Part shown: positions 9,515 through 18,321 of the stretch, piece by piece | Numbering within the stretch: the stretch's first letter is position 1 | Layout: every line of letters begins with the position of its first letter | Position numbers and translations under genes: made by a program | The notes under the pieces: model-generated | What the model saw: only the letters and a program-made list of their open reading frames with translations | The model's database searches: none | Told to the model about the DNA's origin: nothing | NCBI GenBank assembly: GCA_963764165.1 | Contig: CAVXRD010000005.1 | Location: 29,651-93,650, forward strand | Length of the DNA stretch: 64,000 nucleotides | Source of the DNA: an uncultured Verrucomicrobiae bacterium | GTDB lineage: Bacteria > Verrucomicrobiota > Verrucomicrobiia > Limisphaerales > Palsa-1400 | Direction of reading: 5' to 3'

Positions 9515-12500
9515 CTACGCCGCGGCTTGCCGCGCCTGGCGGTGGGCGGCTTCCAGAACCTTGACGAAGTTCGGAAGTGTCAAACGCAGAGTTTCAAGCC
9601 GTTCGTGGATTTGGCTGATTAATCCGTGCGCGCCCACTCGAATGGCTTGGCGATACCAATTGAGAATTTCGCGGCTGATGGCAGGCTCCTCGGCGGGCGA
9701 GAAATTGGAATGCAATCCGCCCGTCAAAACTTCGCACAAAACCACCGCTCCCCGCTGGCGCGGCGAGACCGGAGCCTTTCGCCAAAGTTCCGCGGCATCG
9801 GCGAACTTCAGACAATAGAGCAGCGTCTCGGCCCGATGAGCTGCAAGGGGGGGATGTTTCGGGAAATGTTCGACCGCTTCGGCAGTCCAGCCAAGGGCGA
9901 AATTCAGGAACTCGGGGCGGCTTAATGCGGCTTGCGCGCCCAATTCCCACACCAGCGGTTCGAGCGGATTTTCGGACGCCAACTGCCGCAGCCACTTCAA
10001 ACTTTCACCAACCTGGCCTTGCGCGGCAAGGAATCGGGCCAGATCAAAGCGCGCGCGGGACGATTTGGGATCCGCGGCAACGGCATCGGCGAAAGCTTGT
10101 TTGGCGCCTTCCGCATCGTTGAGCGCGATCAAACAGAGCGCGAGGCAATGATGCGGGCCGGCTTTCAAAATTTCTGGATTGATGGGCGACAGGCCAGGAC
10201 GGCTTCTTTTGGCGAGGCAGTGGCGCATCTGCGCGGCGGCCTCGGCGGGCTGCTTTAATTCCATATGGGCCAGGCCGAGGCAGAAATGCTGCGAGGCGGT
10301 CATGCCGGCTCGTTTGGCGAATGGGCTTTGCCACATTTGCACAATCTCGCCGAATTTTTTTGCGGCCATCAAATGGGTCGGCAACTGTGTCAACAATGTT
10401 TCACGCAATTCCGGCGTCACTTCCGCTTCCGGCTGCGAGGCCATCAGGCGAAGCGCTTCCCAATAACGGTCAAGGCCTTCCTCGATTTTGCCGGAGCGCA
10501 CCAGTTCCAAGCCAAGGCTCATGATGAGATTCGGCTCGCCGGGCAGTTCCTCGATGGCTTTTTCCAGGAGGCGCAAATTGCGCTCGATCTTGTTGCGGGA
10601 TCTCACCATGGCGTCTGTGTAGCCGTGATGGAGCAAAATGGTTTTGCCGAGCGCATGCTTCAATCCCCATTGCTGGCAGCGCACTTGAATGCTGCTGAAC
10701 GCCTGCTCATGCACGCGTCCAAGGAAGAAGATGCCGGGCGCGTTGCGGAACAGGCGCGGAACATAACTGCAGCCGCTCTCCTCGCGGCCAGTGTCAACAA
10801 TAGGCATCCGGTAGCCGAAAACCGACGAGTCGCGGATTTCGCGCAAGAGCAGCCCGGCCTGATCGGGCTTTAATTCCTCATCAGCGTCAAGAACAAGAAT
10901 CCAATCGCCGGCGGCGCGCTCGAGGGCGGCGTTGCGGGCCGCGCTGAAATCGTCGCACCACGGGAAGGGGTGGATCTCCGCGCCGAGTTCCTTCGCGATT
11001 TCCACCGTTCGATCCGTCGAACCAGTGTCAACAACTACAATTTGCGATGCGATCGGTTTGACGGAGCGCAGGCATTGGCCGATGAACTTTTCCTCGTTCT
11101 TCGCGATCAGGCAGACGGAAATGCGCGGTTTGGCGGAGTCGTCCGCCAGGGCGGGCGGCAGCTTGAGCCAGTCCGGTTTGGTTGATCCGCGCAGGTTCCC
11201 CTTGAGGAACTGCTTCGGCGGGGCCCAAGTGGGCGCCATGTTGCGGGCCGTCGTGGCGCAGAGGCGGGCGGAGTTGGCGTCGCCGACGGCTTGGGCGATT
11301 TCTGCCAAGAGCAGATACGCTTCGGGGTGATACGGACGCGCGAATATGGCGGACAAGGCGGCTGTCCAGGCTGCGATCCATTGTCTCTTGCGAACCAGTT
11401 CGCGCGCCTCACCTAAGTGACCAAGCATCGCGCACCCAGGAAGCGCAATGCTGGCAACTTGGCGAGAAATTTTCTGGCCTGTTGCGACAGGCGACATTTT
11501 GTCTGCCCAGCAACGGCCGTCTAAAGCCGGGGTGTGGCTGCTCTTCAATTCGGGCAGCGGGAGCCGCAGGGATTGGCCTTGCGGCAAAACGGTCGGGAAA
11601 GAGTAACCGCGCTCGATGGCGGCTTCCTTCGGCATGGCCCACTTGGCTTTGAACACATCCCAATTGCGGTCCAGGCTGGCGCGGTAATCAATCTTCGCGC
11701 CCTTGAACGTTTGTCCGCCCGTGTGATGCACAAAGGAATCCAGCGCGATGCGGGACTTGAATCCCGCGAGGCTGGCGCGGATGCAATAATCGTCATCCTC
11801 GAAATTGCCGCTGCCGAATTGCGCGTCGAGGCCGCCGATTTTCTCCAGCACGGCGCGGCGGAACAGCAGGCAGAATCCGACCAGACGCTTGGCCTCGGTG
11901 GATTTGCCGGCGAATTCGGCCGAGCGCTGCGCGGCGAACTTGGGCAAATGCTCCAAACCCGGATAACCAACAGGCGTGACGAGTTGCGGGCCGGAGACGT
12001 TATTTGACACCGGCCCGACCAAGCCACAGTCCGAATGGCCATTGAGCGTGGCCAGCATATTTTCGAGCCATCCCTGCGTGACGACCGTGTCGTTGTTGAG
12101 CAAGACGATGTTTTCGCCCTGGGCGCAGGCAAGACCCTGGTTGTTTCCAGCGGAAAAACCAAGATTGGCGCCGTTCAAAATCGTCCGGACATTTTGATGC
12201 TGCTCGGCGTATCTGCGGAAAAATGTGGTGGTGCCGTCGTTCGAGCCGTTGTCAACGAGAATGAGTTCGTGCGCGAGCGGCGTGCATTTCTCGATGCTCG
12301 TCAGGCATTGCTGGGTGTCGCGAAGCTGGTTGTGGGCAAGGATGATGATCGAGGTCAGCTTCTCGGCGGGCGGCGAATAGGGGCGTATGGCGGCGTTCGG
12401 GGCCGGCTTGCTCTTGTTCTCGCCGTCAATAAGAATATCCGCGCTCGCTTTTTCCAGCCACCGTTTATGAAAGCGCTCGACGTTTTCGGTCACGCGGCGG

Positions 12501-15500
12501 AAGCGCTCCGGGCCGCTTTGCGATTCGTGATGAATCACTTCGCTGGCCGGCTCGTAAACCGAGAGCCAGCCGCGTTCCTGGAAGCGCAGGCAAAGATCGA
12601 CATCCTCGTAGCCGTTCCAATACTCGTCATCAAATCCGCCCAGCGCGTCGAAATAGGATTTGCGCGCCAGCATGCAGGCGGCGGTGACGGCCTGGTAAAC
12701 GCGGCGCTGGTTGACCACGGGAAGACTGCTCTTTTCCTTGGCGAAAATATGGAAGGCCAGCAGGGGATCGTGGCCGCGGCAATCCGCCAGGGCGACGCCC
12801 GCGTGCTGGATGGTGCCGTCCGGATACAGCAATTTGCAGCCGACCGCAGCGATGCGGGCATCCGCCTCCGCCAGGGCGACGAGCGGGTTGAGCCAGTTGG
12901 ATTTGACTTCGGTGTCGTTGTTCAGGAAGACAATGTAGCGGCCGCGAGCGATTCCCGCCCCTTGATTGCAGGCGGCGGCGAAGCCGGTGTTATCGGCATT
13001 GAAGATGGCGCGCAGGCGATTGCCGGATTCCTCGCCTCGCAGAAAATTCGGCGTGTCGTCGGTGGAACCGTTGTCAACGACAATGATTTCGTGGCGCGGC
13101 CCGGCGGCGTTCACCCGCAGGGCGCGGAGGCACTGGCGTGTCAAGTCGAGTTTGTTGAAAGTGGGAATGACGATGGAGACCAGCGGCGGCGCCTCGGTGG
13201 AGCGCGCTTTCCATCCTTTGAGCGAAGCCAGCAGGTTGACGGCGATTTGCTCGGAGGCTTCGTGCTTGATCGCTTTGGCGAGATCCGACGCAAGCCCAAT
13301 TAGATGCGCAGCGCGCTGGGTGTCAAACGCCCGCATCTCGGACCCGACGTTCAGCAGAGCGTCAAGAATAATCATCGGATGCCGCGATGTCTCGACGGCT
13401 TTGACCGCTTGAATCAGGAATTTGACCGCCTTTTCCTTGTCCCCCTCCTTGGCAAAGACGCGGGCGGTTTCCAATTTGGAGCGCCACAGGACAGCCAGCT
13501 TCATTTCGGGGGAGGTCATCGACCAGTTGCCAAGTTTGGCCAGGCGCATTTGCTGTCCTTGCACGAGTTTCACCAATGGGCGGAAAGCTTCCGGCGCATC
13601 CTGCAAATAGGGGCGCAGGGCGCGCATGCGGTTGCGATACTGGCTCGTCGTGCGCATGACGCTGTCCGCGCAGATGCGATACCAGAAAAGAAATTCCGGC
13701 ACTACCGTGAGCTTGTAACCTTTGAGCACCACGCGGGCGTGGAATTCCCAGTCTTCAAAAGACAGATTGCGATCCTCGGTGTAACCGCCCGCCGCGAAAA
13801 AGACCGAGCGGCGCACAATGGAATTGGCGTCACCAAGGCAGTTGTCAAATACGCCCACCGCACGCGATCCGCCCATCGGCAGCCAGACTGTCTTGGGGCC
13901 TTCCTTGCGATTTGGCGGTTCGTCGCCGGTAAAATGTTTCATGCCGCAGGCGACAATGTCTGCGCCGGAATTCACTGCCGCTTTGGCGAAGACGGTCACT
14001 TCGTGCGGCTCGGCGACGTTGTCGTCGTCCATGAACAAAAGATACTCGCCGGTGGCGTTCCGGGCGGCGGTGTTGCGCGCGGCTCCGAGATAACGATTCT
14101 CCTGCCGCACGATTTGCCAGCCGCGCTTGTCGAATTCGGGTTTGATCTGCGCGAGATAGGCGAGGGCTTCCGGTTTTGTGCTGCCGTCGTCCACCAGCAC
14201 GACCTCGAGATTTGAATAGGTGATGTCTAATACGGACTCGACCGCTTGGCGAAGCAGGGTTGGGCGGTTGAAAGTTGTCAAACAAAGGCTAACCTTGGGC
14301 CATAGCGTTGGTTCGATGGACTTGGGAGTGGTCGGCGCCAACTCCGCCACGCCTTCGTGCCATGCCGCCCAAGCCTTCTCATTGACGTCGGGATCGACCG
14401 CCATGCGAGCGGGCTTGAATCCGTTAAGAAGGGCCGTGGCCACCATCGGCGCGAGAGCTTTTGGATTCGGCTCGAAGCAAACGCGGTCAACATCGTCCGG
14501 CGAAATTAATTCAGGAATGCCGCCAACGCGGCTGGCGAGAAAAGCGATTTGCGATCCCAGGCACTCATAGACGGTATTCGGCGAATTCTCCATCAACGAC
14601 GGAATGACCGCAAGGCGATGCGGGCTTTGCAGGAAAGCGCACGCCTCAATTTGGTTCTTGTCAGAAATAATCTCCGTCTTCCAGGTCCAATTTCTCGCCC
14701 GGCGCTGGATGTATTCCTTGCCCGGCATTTCGCAAACGGTGGCTTCGCGCCCGAGGAACGAAACCATTTTGATTTTCCTGGCCGCTTCGGGAGGAAGTTG
14801 ATCCATCGCGTCGCAAAACAGCGCGACGCCCTTGCGCGTTTCGAGCCGGCCGAAAAAGACCACTTCGTCAACCGTGCGCAAGCCGCCGGGATCCTGGGCC
14901 AGGGCGTTGCGGGCGGATTGCGGCAGGACGTATTGTTGAACAAAGCATTTCTCCGGCAATTGCCAGCCGCGGCTGCCGATGTAATTGATCAGGTAGTTGC
15001 TGGGGCTGCAAAGGCAGTCGCATTGGGCAACGCACTGGCGCTCCATGTAATCCTGCTCCAATTCGCAGACATCCTGGATGTATTCCTGGTTGGCTTCCTT
15101 GATCCATTCCAGCATTCCGTGAAGTCCCAGGCAAATGAGGCTCCGCCCAAAAGCCATGCCCTGGCGCTTGGCGAGGATCGTGTAATAACCCGGCGCCTGC
15201 CATTCGGAAAAGTGGATGACGTCGAAATTATCATTTTGCTTCAGCCAATGGTAAACCTCATAAGGTTTGGTGAAATGAATGGGCCTTTCGAGGAAGGGTT
15301 TTTTGACTTCCGGGAGGGGAACGAGATTGATGCCATCGCGCCGGTAATTTTCAACCCACTTCTGCATTTCGTCCTGGTTGAGGCCCCGAGCATCTACATA
15401 AAGACAGGTGACATCATGGCCGGCCTTGGCCAGCGAGCGCGCCAGCGATGTGTAGGCGGTGCCAATGCCGCCATTGCGGGTCGGCCCGATAAATTCCGGG

Positions 15501-15628
15501 CTGGCGATGCAGACGCGGACGGGCCGCGTGGGCCGAGTGGCATCTTTCCGCGGGAAAATTGGCAGCGATGGGAACGCTTGGGGTTGGGTGGGGCTTTGTG
15601 TGTCCATATTAGCAGGTTGTTTGGCCAT
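9515..15628 (-). CDS. Giant multidomain glycosyltransferase (GT4 + 4x GT2 + TPR), probably flagellin/surface protein glycosylation
   Basis: GT4 (NGGIGT, FFGRLETRKG, ENSPNTVYE); four GT2 modules (VDDGS..MDDD; VDNGS..LNND twice; VDTGS..LDADE); TPR-like helices; start placed after the upstream gene stop. Confidence 0.9.
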   Translation of the reverse strand: MAKQPANMDTQSPTQPQAFPSLPIFPRKDATRPTRPVRVCIASPEFIGPTRNGGIGTAYTSLARSLAKAGHDVTCLYVDARGLNQDEMQKWVENYRRDGINLVPLPEVKKPFLERPIHFTKPYEVYHWLKQNDNFDVIHFSEWQAPGYYTILAKRQGMAFGRSLICLGLHGMLEWIKEANQEYIQDVCELEQDYMERQCVAQCDCLCSPSNYLINYIGSRGWQLPEKCFVQQYVLPQSARNALAQDPGGLRTVDEVVFFGRLETRKGVALFCDAMDQLPPEAARKIKMVSFLGREATVCEMPGKEYIQRRARNWTWKTEIISDKNQIEACAFLQSPHRLAVIPSLMENSPNTVYECLGSQIAFLASRVGGIPELISPDDVDRVCFEPNPKALAPMVATALLNGFKPARMAVDPDVNEKAWAAWHEGVAELAPTTPKSIEPTLWPKVSLCLTTFNRPTLLRQAVESVLDITYSNLEVVLVDDGSTKPEALAYLAQIKPEFDKRGWQIVRQENRYLGAARNTAARNATGEYLLFMDDDNVAEPHEVTVFAKAAVNSGADIVACGMKHFTGDEPPNRKEGPKTVWLPMGGSRAVGVFDNCLGDANSIVRRSVFFAAGGYTEDRNLSFEDWEFHARVVLKGYKLTVVPEFLFWYRICADSVMRTTSQYRNRMRALRPYLQDAPEAFRPLVKLVQGQQMRLAKLGNWSMTSPEMKLAVLWRSKLETARVFAKEGDKEKAVKFLIQAVKAVETSRHPMIILDALLNVGSEMRAFDTQRAAHLIGLASDLAKAIKHEASEQIAVNLLASLKGWKARSTEAPPLVSIVIPTFNKLDLTRQCLRALRVNAAGPRHEIIVVDNGSTDDTPNFLRGEESGNRLRAIFNADNTGFAAACNQGAGIARGRYIVFLNNDTEVKSNWLNPLVALAEADARIAAVGCKLLYPDGTIQHAGVALADCRGHDPLLAFHIFAKEKSSLPVVNQRRVYQAVTAACMLARKSYFDALGGFDDEYWNGYEDVDLCLRFQERGWLSVYEPASEVIHHESQSGPERFRRVTENVERFHKRWLEKASADILIDGENKSKPAPNAAIRPYSPPAEKLTSIIILAHNQLRDTQQCLTSIEKCTPLAHELILVDNGSNDGTTTFFRRYAEQHQNVRTILNGANLGFSAGNNQGLACAQGENIVLLNNDTVVTQGWLENMLATLNGHSDCGLVGPVSNNVSGPQLVTPVGYPGLEHLPKFAAQRSAEFAGKSTEAKRLVGFCLLFRRAVLEKIGGLDAQFGSGNFEDDDYCIRASLAGFKSRIALDSFVHHTGGQTFKGAKIDYRASLDRNWDVFKAKWAMPKEAAIERGYSFPTVLPQGQSLRLPLPELKSSHTPALDGRCWADKMSPVATGQKISRQVASIALPGCAMLGHLGEARELVRKRQWIAAWTAALSAIFARPYHPEAYLLLAEIAQAVGDANSARLCATTARNMAPTWAPPKQFLKGNLRGSTKPDWLKLPPALADDSAKPRISVCLIAKNEEKFIGQCLRSVKPIASQIVVVDTGSTDRTVEIAKELGAEIHPFPWCDDFSAARNAALERAAGDWILVLDADEELKPDQAGLLLREIRDSSVFGYRMPIVDTGREESGCSYVPRLFRNAPGIFFLGRVHEQAFSSIQVRCQQWGLKHALGKTILLHHGYTDAMVRSRNKIERNLRLLEKAIEELPGEPNLIMSLGLELVRSGKIEEGLDRYWEALRLMASQPEAEVTPELRETLLTQLPTHLMAAKKFGEIVQMWQSPFAKRAGMTASQHFCLGLAHMELKQPAEAAAQMRHCLAKRSRPGLSPINPEILKAGPHHCLALCLIALNDAEGAKQAFADAVAADPKSSRARFDLARFLAAQGQVGESLKWLRQLASENPLEPLVWELGAQAALSRPEFLNFALGWTAEAVEHFPKHPPLAAHRAETLLYCLKFADAAELWRKAPVSPRQRGAVVLCEVLTGGLHSNFSPAEEPAISREILNWYRQAIRVGAHGLISQIHERLETLRLTLPNFVKVLEAAHRQARQAAA

Positions 15629-15633
15629 GTGAA

Positions 15634-16776
15634 TCACGCAGCTTGAGCCGCCAGCACTTGTTCTGGGGCCAGAATTTCTCTCCATTCAGGGTGCAGCCGA
15701 ACCGCATCCTGCAAAATCAGCCGGGCGTGAGTTCGGTGATTGCGGCGGCGGGCGCATTCCAGACGCGCGCGCCAGATCTCGATTTCGTTGGGAAAGATGC
15801 TGGCCAGGGTCTGATATAACAAACCCGCCTCTTCCCAATCCTGTTCCATGAAAAAAGCCTGAGCCAGGTGCCGGAGGCCGTGCGGGGATTTGGGCCGTTT
15901 GACCTCGGGTGGCCGAGGGGCTGCCGGCTGTTGAAGCAATTGATCCTGCAATTCTAGAACGCGCATCAAAAGATCCAGCCGGTTCGTCTCCACGCGCTGC
16001 AAGAGCGGATTGCGGTCCCAGGGGGACAGCAATTTGGAAAGGGCCTCGCTCCATGGCTGGCTTCGCGAATAAATAACTCCCAATCCAAGGACTAGCGGGA
16101 TGATGTTGAATTCAAAATCCCGCCGGGCGGCCAGAAAATCTTCCACCGCTGTTTTAACTCCGTTTGAAGGCCCGCCTTCCTCCAGCGCGAACGCCAGGCC
16201 GCCTCCGTAGCACATTCCTCCCTTAACCGTGCCGGAATTTCCAGGGGTGATTCCGTGCAGGCAAGAATGGGGGCGCAAGCTGGGAGCCGGAATGGTGGCA
16301 GGATTGTAATACATGTCCCGCCGGGCGCAGGGCCAGCAGACGTCGTGAAGGATCGCCACCCACGGAGCATCACCGCAGGCCTCGGCGATCAACTCCAGCT
16401 CCCGCCGCACGGTGTAATAATTGTGATCGCCGTCAATAATATAGGCATCTGCTTTAAGGCCCGGCAAAGCCTGAAGGCTGGTATTCTCGATGAACTCAAA
16501 ATACGGCTGCCCCGCGTGCGTTTTCATGAACTCCGCAGCCGAGGGCTGGAGATAGGTGTCGATGCTAATCATCCGGCCGCCAATCTTTTGGGCATGGGCG
16601 CACAGGAACTCGGTGAAGACGCCATGTTCAGAGCCGACTTCGACCAAATTCTTGGCGCGGGTCGTAACCAGAATATCCATGATCAACTCGCGGAAAGTGG
16701 CCATGGAGTATGGGTAGAGATGCCTGTTCATAGCCCACGATTTGCCAAGGTCGGCGGGATTTTGATTGGCTGGCAT
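15634..16776 (-). CDS. Class I SAM-dependent methyltransferase (Methyltransf_24-like) with C-terminal TPR-like helix
   Basis: VEVGSEHG motif I, IIDGDHNY, ILHDV. Confidence 0.82.
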   Translation of the reverse strand: MPANQNPADLGKSWAMNRHLYPYSMATFRELIMDILVTTRAKNLVEVGSEHGVFTEFLCAHAQKIGGRMISIDTYLQPSAAEFMKTHAGQPYFEFIENTSLQALPGLKADAYIIDGDHNYYTVRRELELIAEACGDAPWVAILHDVCWPCARRDMYYNPATIPAPSLRPHSCLHGITPGNSGTVKGGMCYGGGLAFALEEGGPSNGVKTAVEDFLAARRDFEFNIIPLVLGLGVIYSRSQPWSEALSKLLSPWDRNPLLQRVETNRLDLLMRVLELQDQLLQQPAAPRPPEVKRPKSPHGLRHLAQAFFMEQDWEEAGLLYQTLASIFPNEIEIWRARLECARRRNHRTHARLILQDAVRLHPEWREILAPEQVLAAQAA

Positions 16777-16815
16777 AGCTGTGTTCTAAGTTCGGATTTT
16801 CGCGCTTTGCGAAGT

Positions 16816-17151
16816 TCACTGCAAAAGGTTGAGGACGTTGTTGGATAATTGATTGGCCTGAGCGGCCAGTGCGGTCTGCGGATCCTCTTGGATGCCTTGC
16901 TGGACAGATTGGGTCGTTTGCTCGGCTTCCGTTTCAGTTTGGATTTCGGCCTCCGCCTCCTCGGCTTCGTTGGTCGTGGTGGTCAAGCGCTCCAAGGACG
17001 GCGTGAGTTGCGAGAACGCATTGACAGCATTGCCAGCCTCGTTTGCAGCGGGTGTAGCGGATGAATTTGCGGCCGCCCCACTCGCATTCGCGCGCTGATT
17101 CTGCGCGCTCGCAAGCGTGGTGTCCAAGGATGCGTCAGGATTGACAAGCAT
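16816..17151 (-). CDS. Small protein consisting of a low-complexity N-terminus plus a flagellin C-terminal helix ('mini-flagellin')
   Basis: Ends ALAAQANQLSNNVLNLLQ, the flagellin C-terminal signature; start overlaps the csrA stop. Confidence 0.78.
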   Translation of the reverse strand: MLVNPDASLDTTLASAQNQRANASGAAANSSATPAANEAGNAVNAFSQLTPSLERLTTTTNEAEEAEAEIQTETEAEQTTQSVQQGIQEDPQTALAAQANQLSNNVLNLLQ

Positions 17152-17482
17152 GGGATGAAGTCGGTTGGGCGTTCACAATGACGGGCGCGGGCGCGGCTGT
17201 GGCGACCGCCGGAGTGGCGGCGGCGGGCTTTCGGTTGGAAGCGGTGCGTGGCGCGGAAATTTTTGCCTTGGCGGTGAGGCGCGGCAGTGTGCCTTTGGTC
17301 TGGGTCAGCGCTTCCTGGTTGTTTTTCTGGATTTCATCGTAAACCTCCTGCCGATGCACAGGGATGCTCGCCGGGGCTTCGATGCCCACTTTGACCACGT
17401 CGCCTTCCAGCCGCATGATTTTGATGGTGATGCGACCGTCAATAACAATGCTTTCACCGGGTTTGCGCGAGAGAATGAGCAT
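17135..17482 (-). CDS. csrA: Carbon storage regulator CsrA with C-terminal extension
   Basis: MLILSRKPGESIVI...VKVGIEAPASIPVHRQEVYDEIQKNNQEA. Confidence 0.97.
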   Translation of the reverse strand: MLILSRKPGESIVIDGRITIKIMRLEGDVVKVGIEAPASIPVHRQEVYDEIQKNNQEALTQTKGTLPRLTAKAKISAPRTASNRKPAAATPAVATAAPAPVIVNAQPTSSHACQS

Positions 17483-17502
17483 GGCGGCTTTTCGGTGAAG
17501 AT

Positions 17503-17931
17503 TTAGGAAAGAGGCAGGGGATGGCGAATGGCGTATTCCACCGCGTTGACGGGAATGACTTGCTTCCCGACGAGCGTGCGGCGGTTGATGATGATGGGAC
17601 CTTTCAAATTGACCGTGGGGCTTACGCCGGGGCGCATCGTCACGATGTTCAGGACCAGCGCTTCCGAAGGGTCGTTCAACTCGAGAAACGCCACGTCCAG
17701 GTCGCTGATGTCAGGGCTGTAATCCGCCAGCACGAAGTTCGGCGGGATGACGAGGAAGGCGTGCTTGGCCTCTCCGGCCATTTGCAGCCAAAGGAACGGC
17801 TCTTCTTCCGGCCGCGTCAGCAGCACGTAATCCTTGACGCGCTCGAATCCCAGCAAACCGAAAGGAAGCTGGATGATATTCGCTTCGTTGATCTCGGCAC
17901 GCTCGACCGGCGCCATTTGCAATGTATTCAT
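17503..17931 (-). CDS. fliW: Flagellar assembly factor FliW
   Basis: GLLGFE, PFLWLQ, TVNLKGPIIIN, GKQVI; adjacent to csrA. Confidence 0.96.
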   Translation of the reverse strand: MNTLQMAPVERAEINEANIIQLPFGLLGFERVKDYVLLTRPEEEPFLWLQMAGEAKHAFLVIPPNFVLADYSPDISDLDVAFLELNDPSEALVLNIVTMRPGVSPTVNLKGPIIINRRTLVGKQVIPVNAVEYAIRHPLPLS

Positions 17932-17963
17932 GGATTTCAAAGTTGTTCGGTCAAAAGCTGACT

Positions 17964-17979
17964 AGCAGAGGCCATGCCA
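17964..17979 (-). promoter_or_regulatory. Putative sigma54 (-24/-12) promoter of the fliW operon
   Basis: Minus strand TGGCATGGCCTCTGCT: GG-N10-GC spacing, about 33 nt upstream of the fliW ATG. Confidence 0.65.
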
Positions 17980-18094
17980 CGCTGTTTTTGCCGGTTTCTC
18001 GGGGCAACGCGAGGGGCAGAAGGCCAAAACAGGAAAAAATGACCGGGTTAAACGTGCCATGCAGACAATTGTTGCCCCACGAATGGGGGAAGGA

Positions 18095-18258
18095 TTTTAA
18101 TCAGGAACGACCGAACTCAGGAACGGAGGCACAAGCAGATCTCACATGCTGGTTCATTCGTGCCCGCAGCCCATATATGTCCCATGCTTCACATTATTCC
18201 CATTACTCGCAATGCGACCCCAGCCTCCGTTCCTGAGTTTGGTCGTTCCTGATTAAAA
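18095..18258. repeat. MITE/REPIN-like element, 36-bp inverted arms (family C, copy 1)
   Basis: TTTTAATCAGGAACGACCGAACTCAGGAACGGAGGC (18095-18130) pairs with 18223-18258 with one mismatch; second copy at 29725-29876. Confidence 0.85.
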
Positions 18259-18321
18259 ATTTCAGCATCAGGGTTCGTGCTTGCGCGCCTCCCCTGAAGA
18301 ATTAAGTTCTCTCCGAGCCGT

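Noticed and set aside
18045..18060. Second sigma54-like TGGCACG on the minus strand
   Set aside because: No GC at the -12 position
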